From an uncultured Chloroflexia bacterium (lineage in GTDB: Bacteria > Chloroflexota > Limnocylindria > Limnocylindrales > CSP1-4), in assembly GCA_963738475.1 (NCBI GenBank), contig CAVTWU010000008.1, forward strand, positions 8,605-72,604: a stretch of 64,000 nucleotides of DNA, written 5' to 3'. Positions within the stretch are counted from its first letter, which is position 1; each line of letters begins with the position of its first letter. The notes beneath the pieces were generated by a model that was given only the letters and a program-made list of their open reading frames with translations, ran no database searches and was not told where the DNA came from. A program made the translations under genes and the position numbers. This document shows positions 58,278 through 64,000 of this stretch, one piece after another.

Positions 58278-59147
58278 TTGCCGAACGCGGATCCCCGCGT
58301 CGAACACCTCCCGGACCGCAGGATCGCGGTCCCGACGGGAGAACGGCAGTACCACATCGGACTCGGCCCAGGAGAACTGGCCGAGTACATCCTCCTCCCC
58401 GGCGACCCCGATCGCACCGCCCGGATCGCCTCGCGCTTCGAATCGATCGAGCGCGAGCACCGACACCGGGAGTTCGCCTCGGTCACCGGACGATATCGAG
58501 GCGAGCGGGTGTCGGTCGTGTCGACCGGCATCGGCACGGACAACGTCGAGATCGCGGTGGCGGAGATCCTGGCGATCACGGAGCGGCCCACCTTCATCCG
58601 GGTCGGGTCTTGCGGCGCCCTCCAACCGGAGATGGACCTGGGTGACCTGGTCATCACCACCGGTGCGGTCCGCCTCGAGTCCACGACGAGTTACTTCGTC
58701 CACGAGGGATTCCCGGCCGTCGCCGACTACGAGGCGGTCAGTGCCCTCATCGAAGCGGCGGAGCGACTCAAGCACCGGTATCACGTCGGGATCACGGCGA
58801 CAGCGCCGGGGTTCTTCGGGGCGCAAGGCCGCCCCATCCCGCAGCTGCCCATCCGGTACCCTGACCTCGCCGAGGAGATGGCGCGCCAGCGCGTCCTGAA
58901 CTTCGAGATGGAGGCGTCGGCCCTCCTCGTCTTCGCGACCCTCGCCCGCTGCCGCGCCGGCGTCGTCTGCGCGGTCTATGCGAACCGCACGACGGGAGCG
59001 TTCGTCGGCGACGACCAGAAGGATGCCGCCGAGGCGGCCTGCGTGGAGACCGGCCTGGAGAGTCTGGTCATCCTGGCCCAGATGGAACGACAGAAGCGTG
59101 ACGCAGCGACTGAGCGCTGGCGTCCTTCACTCTGGCAGCATACGTAA
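58278..59147 (+). CDS. nucleoside phosphorylase, PNP/UDP family 1 (uridine-phosphorylase-like), intact
   Basis: ORF 58278..59147 (TTG start): ..YHIGLGPGELAEYILLPGDPDRTARIA..VSVVSTGIGTDNVEIAVAEI..FIRVGSCGALQPEMDLGDLVITTGAVRLESTT..VLNFEMEASALLVFA. Confidence 0.8.
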   Translation: MPNADPRVEHLPDRRIAVPTGERQYHIGLGPGELAEYILLPGDPDRTARIASRFESIEREHRHREFASVTGRYRGERVSVVSTGIGTDNVEIAVAEILAITERPTFIRVGSCGALQPEMDLGDLVITTGAVRLESTTSYFVHEGFPAVADYEAVSALIEAAERLKHRYHVGITATAPGFFGAQGRPIPQLPIRYPDLAEEMARQRVLNFEMEASALLVFATLARCRAGVVCAVYANRTTGAFVGDDQKDAAEAACVETGLESLVILAQMERQKRDAATERWRPSLWQHT

Positions 59148-59214
59148 CACGCACCGCGAGGCGGATGCGGGACATGGGTTCCCGCGACGCACGGATGGAT
59201 CGAGGAGGAACCCC

Positions 59215-59361
59215 ATGGCCGAGGCCTATTGCGTCAAGGACAAGAAGAAGGTCGAGATCAAGAACCCCGTCGCCATCACGATGAAGAACGGCAAGCCGGC
59301 GACCCAGGGCACCTGCCCGGTCTGCGGCGGCAAGGTCTTCCGCATCGGCGCCAGCAGCTAG
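59215..59361 (+). CDS. DUF5679-type small zinc-ribbon protein (48 aa)
   Basis: ATG 59215 after GAGGAGGA: [48 protein letters not shown] (end of ORF 58978..59361). Confidence 0.7.
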   Translation: MAEAYCVKDKKKVEIKNPVAITMKNGKPATQGTCPVCGGKVFRIGASS

Positions 59362-59385
59362 ACCTTCTTCACGACGCAACCTCGA

Positions 59386-59407
59386 GGCCCCCGCTCCGGC
59401 GGGGGTC
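59386..59407 (+). terminator. hairpin GGCCCCCGC-tccg-GCGGGGGTC after the DUF5679 gene
   Basis: 9-bp stem with one G:U, read directly. Only a weak T-tract (ctcgtcatg) follows. Confidence 0.4.
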
Positions 59408-59537
59408 TCGTCATGTCAAGTGCCGACCGGATCGCGTCCGCAACCCCCTCGCATCCTTCGTCCAGCCCCGCGACGGCGTACGATTGCGTCACCGTGACCA
59501 GGGCCCCGCCAGTGGGCCGACGCGAGGAGTAACCGCC

Positions 59538-60557
59538 ATGACCACCCGTGTCGGGATCAACGGCTTCGGCCGCATCGGACGCCAGTCGCTCAAAGCGCTC
59601 ATCGAGCGCGCACCGGATGTCGAGGTCGTCGCCGTGAACGACCTCGTCGACGCCGAGATGAACGCGCTCCTGTTCAAGCGCGACTCGACCTACGGCACGT
59701 ACCCGGGCGACGTCCGGGCCGGCGACTCGTCGATCATCATCGACGGCCGCGAGATCAAGATCCTCGCCGAGCGCGACCCGGCCAACCTGCCGTGGGGCGA
59801 CCTGGGCGTGGACATCGTGCTCGAGAGCACGGGCATCTTCACCGACGCGGGCAAGGCCGGCGCCCACATCGCGGCCGGCGCCAAGAAGGTGCTCATCAGC
59901 GCTCCGGCCAAGCACGAGGACATCACCATCGTCCTCGGCGTCAACGAGGCGAAGTACGACCCGGCGACCCATCACATCATCAGCAACGCGAGCTGCACCA
60001 CGAACTGCCTCGCGCCGGCCGCCAAGGTGGTCCACGACCTCGTGACCATCGAGATGGGCCTGATGAACACGATCCACAGCTACACGAACGACCAGCGCAT
60101 CCTGGACGTCGCCCACAAGGATCCGCGCCGGGCTCGCTCGGCCGGCCAGAACATCATCCCGACGACCACCGGCGCCGCCAAGGCGCTCGCCCTGGTCATC
60201 CCGGAGCTCAAGGGCAAGTTCGACGGGTTCAGCCTGCGCGTCCCGACCCCGACGGTCAGCGTCGTCGACTTCACGGCGAACGTGAGCCGGCCGACGAGCG
60301 TCGAGGAACTCAACGACGCGTTCCGCGCCGCCGCTGCCGGCCCGATGCAGGGCATCCTGGGCGTCTCGGACGAGCCGCTCGTCTCGATGGACTTCAAGGG
60401 CGACAGCCGCTCCTCGATCATCGACGCCGAGTCGACGATGGTCATCGGCGGCACGATGGTCAAGGTCATCGCCTGGTACGACAACGAGTGGGGCTACAGC
60501 TGCCGCGTCGCGGATCTCATCAGCTACATCGCCGCCCGCCTGCCCGTCGCCGCCTGA
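59538..60557 (+). CDS. gap: type I glyceraldehyde-3-phosphate dehydrogenase, intact
   Basis: ORF 59229..60557 from ATG 59538: [60 protein letters not shown]. Confidence 0.95.
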   Translation: MTTRVGINGFGRIGRQSLKALIERAPDVEVVAVNDLVDAEMNALLFKRDSTYGTYPGDVRAGDSSIIIDGREIKILAERDPANLPWGDLGVDIVLESTGIFTDAGKAGAHIAAGAKKVLISAPAKHEDITIVLGVNEAKYDPATHHIISNASCTTNCLAPAAKVVHDLVTIEMGLMNTIHSYTNDQRILDVAHKDPRRARSAGQNIIPTTTGAAKALALVIPELKGKFDGFSLRVPTPTVSVVDFTANVSRPTSVEELNDAFRAAAAGPMQGILGVSDEPLVSMDFKGDSRSSIIDAESTMVIGGTMVKVIAWYDNEWGYSCRVADLISYIAARLPVAA

Positions 60558-60579
60558 TCCGCTCGAGGTCCCTCCCATC

Positions 60580-63746
<3,167 letters not shown>

Positions 63747-63776
63747 CGAGTCCGGCGCCGTGCGCCGAGAATCGGA

Positions 63777-63801
63777 AACGCCCTGGCGATGCCAGGGCGT
63801 T
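63777..63801. terminator. bidirectional intrinsic-terminator-like hairpin AACGCCCTGGC-gat-GCCAGGGCGTT between convergent genes
   Basis: Perfect 11-bp stem read directly, followed by tcgtcgttgt on the plus strand and ttccgattct on the minus strand. Confidence 0.6.
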
Positions 63802-63835
63802 CGTCGTTGTCGCGTCGGGCGGTAGCCCGGTCGGA

Positions 63836-64000
63836 CTACTTGGTCGCGGCGGGCTTCTTGGCCTTCGGGGCCGCCTTGGCGGTCGCCTTCGGGGCCTCGA
63901 CGGCCTTCTTGGGAGCGGCCTTCGGAGCCGCCTTGGCGGTCGTCTTCGGTGCGGTCTTCGCCTTGGTCGTCTTCGTCGCGGTCGTGGCCTTGGCCGCTGG
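63836..64000 (-). CDS. 3' end of a gene encoding a Lys/Ala/Thr-rich (histone-H1/HU-tail-like) C-terminus; partial at window edge
   Basis: Own translation of the minus strand: ..AKATTATKTTKAKTAPKTTAKAAPKAAPKKAVEAPKATAKAAPKAKKPAATK then TAG (63838-63836). Only the low-complexity tail is visible, so the family cannot be assigned. Confidence 0.45.
   Translation of the reverse strand, partial: PAAKATTATKTTKAKTAPKTTAKAAPKAAPKKAVEAPKATAKAAPKAKKPAATK

Overview
This is a strongly GC-rich bacterial chromosomal segment. Gene content looks actinobacterial or Chloroflexi-like, and I cannot place it more precisely from sequence alone.

Layout:
- 1-17975: two adjacent, mostly minus-strand carbohydrate-type gene clusters. 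They hold a sugar ABC transporter, a ROK kinase, three Gfo/Idh/MocA dehydrogenases, a TIM-barrel isomerase, DeoC, a SIS protein, a PHP-type amidohydrolase, a MetE-like protein, an FAD oxidoreductase and an SDR, plus ROK and SorC regulators.
- 18299-29271: a housekeeping block with rho, a LysM/M23 peptidase, obg, nadD, rsfS, holA, an HD protein, comEC and comEA.
- 29445-33782: small regulators (a cNMP-binding protein, a CGNR zinc finger, and an ECF sigma factor with a partner protein).
- 35073-43563: an M48 protease, leuS, two tRNA-Ala genes, a DUF45 hydrolase, a methyltransferase, an EamA transporter and a Zn-ADH.
- 43730-53572: an SOS-type mutasome (imuA'-imuB-small ORF ... dnaE2) with two identical-arm LexA-like boxes.
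- 54709-58202: a roughly 1160-codon surface protein with a lamin-tail domain and repeated beta-rich modules.
- 58278-64000: a nucleoside phosphorylase, DUF5679, gap, pgk and eno.

Two caveats dominate interpretation.
1. Nearly every conserved gene, including essential ones (leuS, rho, obg, holA, eno), needs one or more +/-1 frame changes to be read, while the residues themselves stay well conserved. This looks like indel error in the assembly, not biological pseudogenisation. All gene boundaries given for such genes are approximate.
2. 33788-35052 contains five pure poly-A runs (45, 50, 62, 135 and 14 nt) flanked by short duplicated sequence, plus two tandem duplications. This is the most anomalous signal in the window, but it is most simply explained as gap filler or misassembly.

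I found no CRISPR array, transposase, integrase, prophage or recognisable defence system. The best candidates for genuinely new biology are the two uncharacterised sugar-type clusters, the mutasome with its detached W-rich small ORF and TAGAAC-N4-GTTCTA operators, and the lamin-tail-domain surface protein. None can be called a new system from sequence inspection alone.
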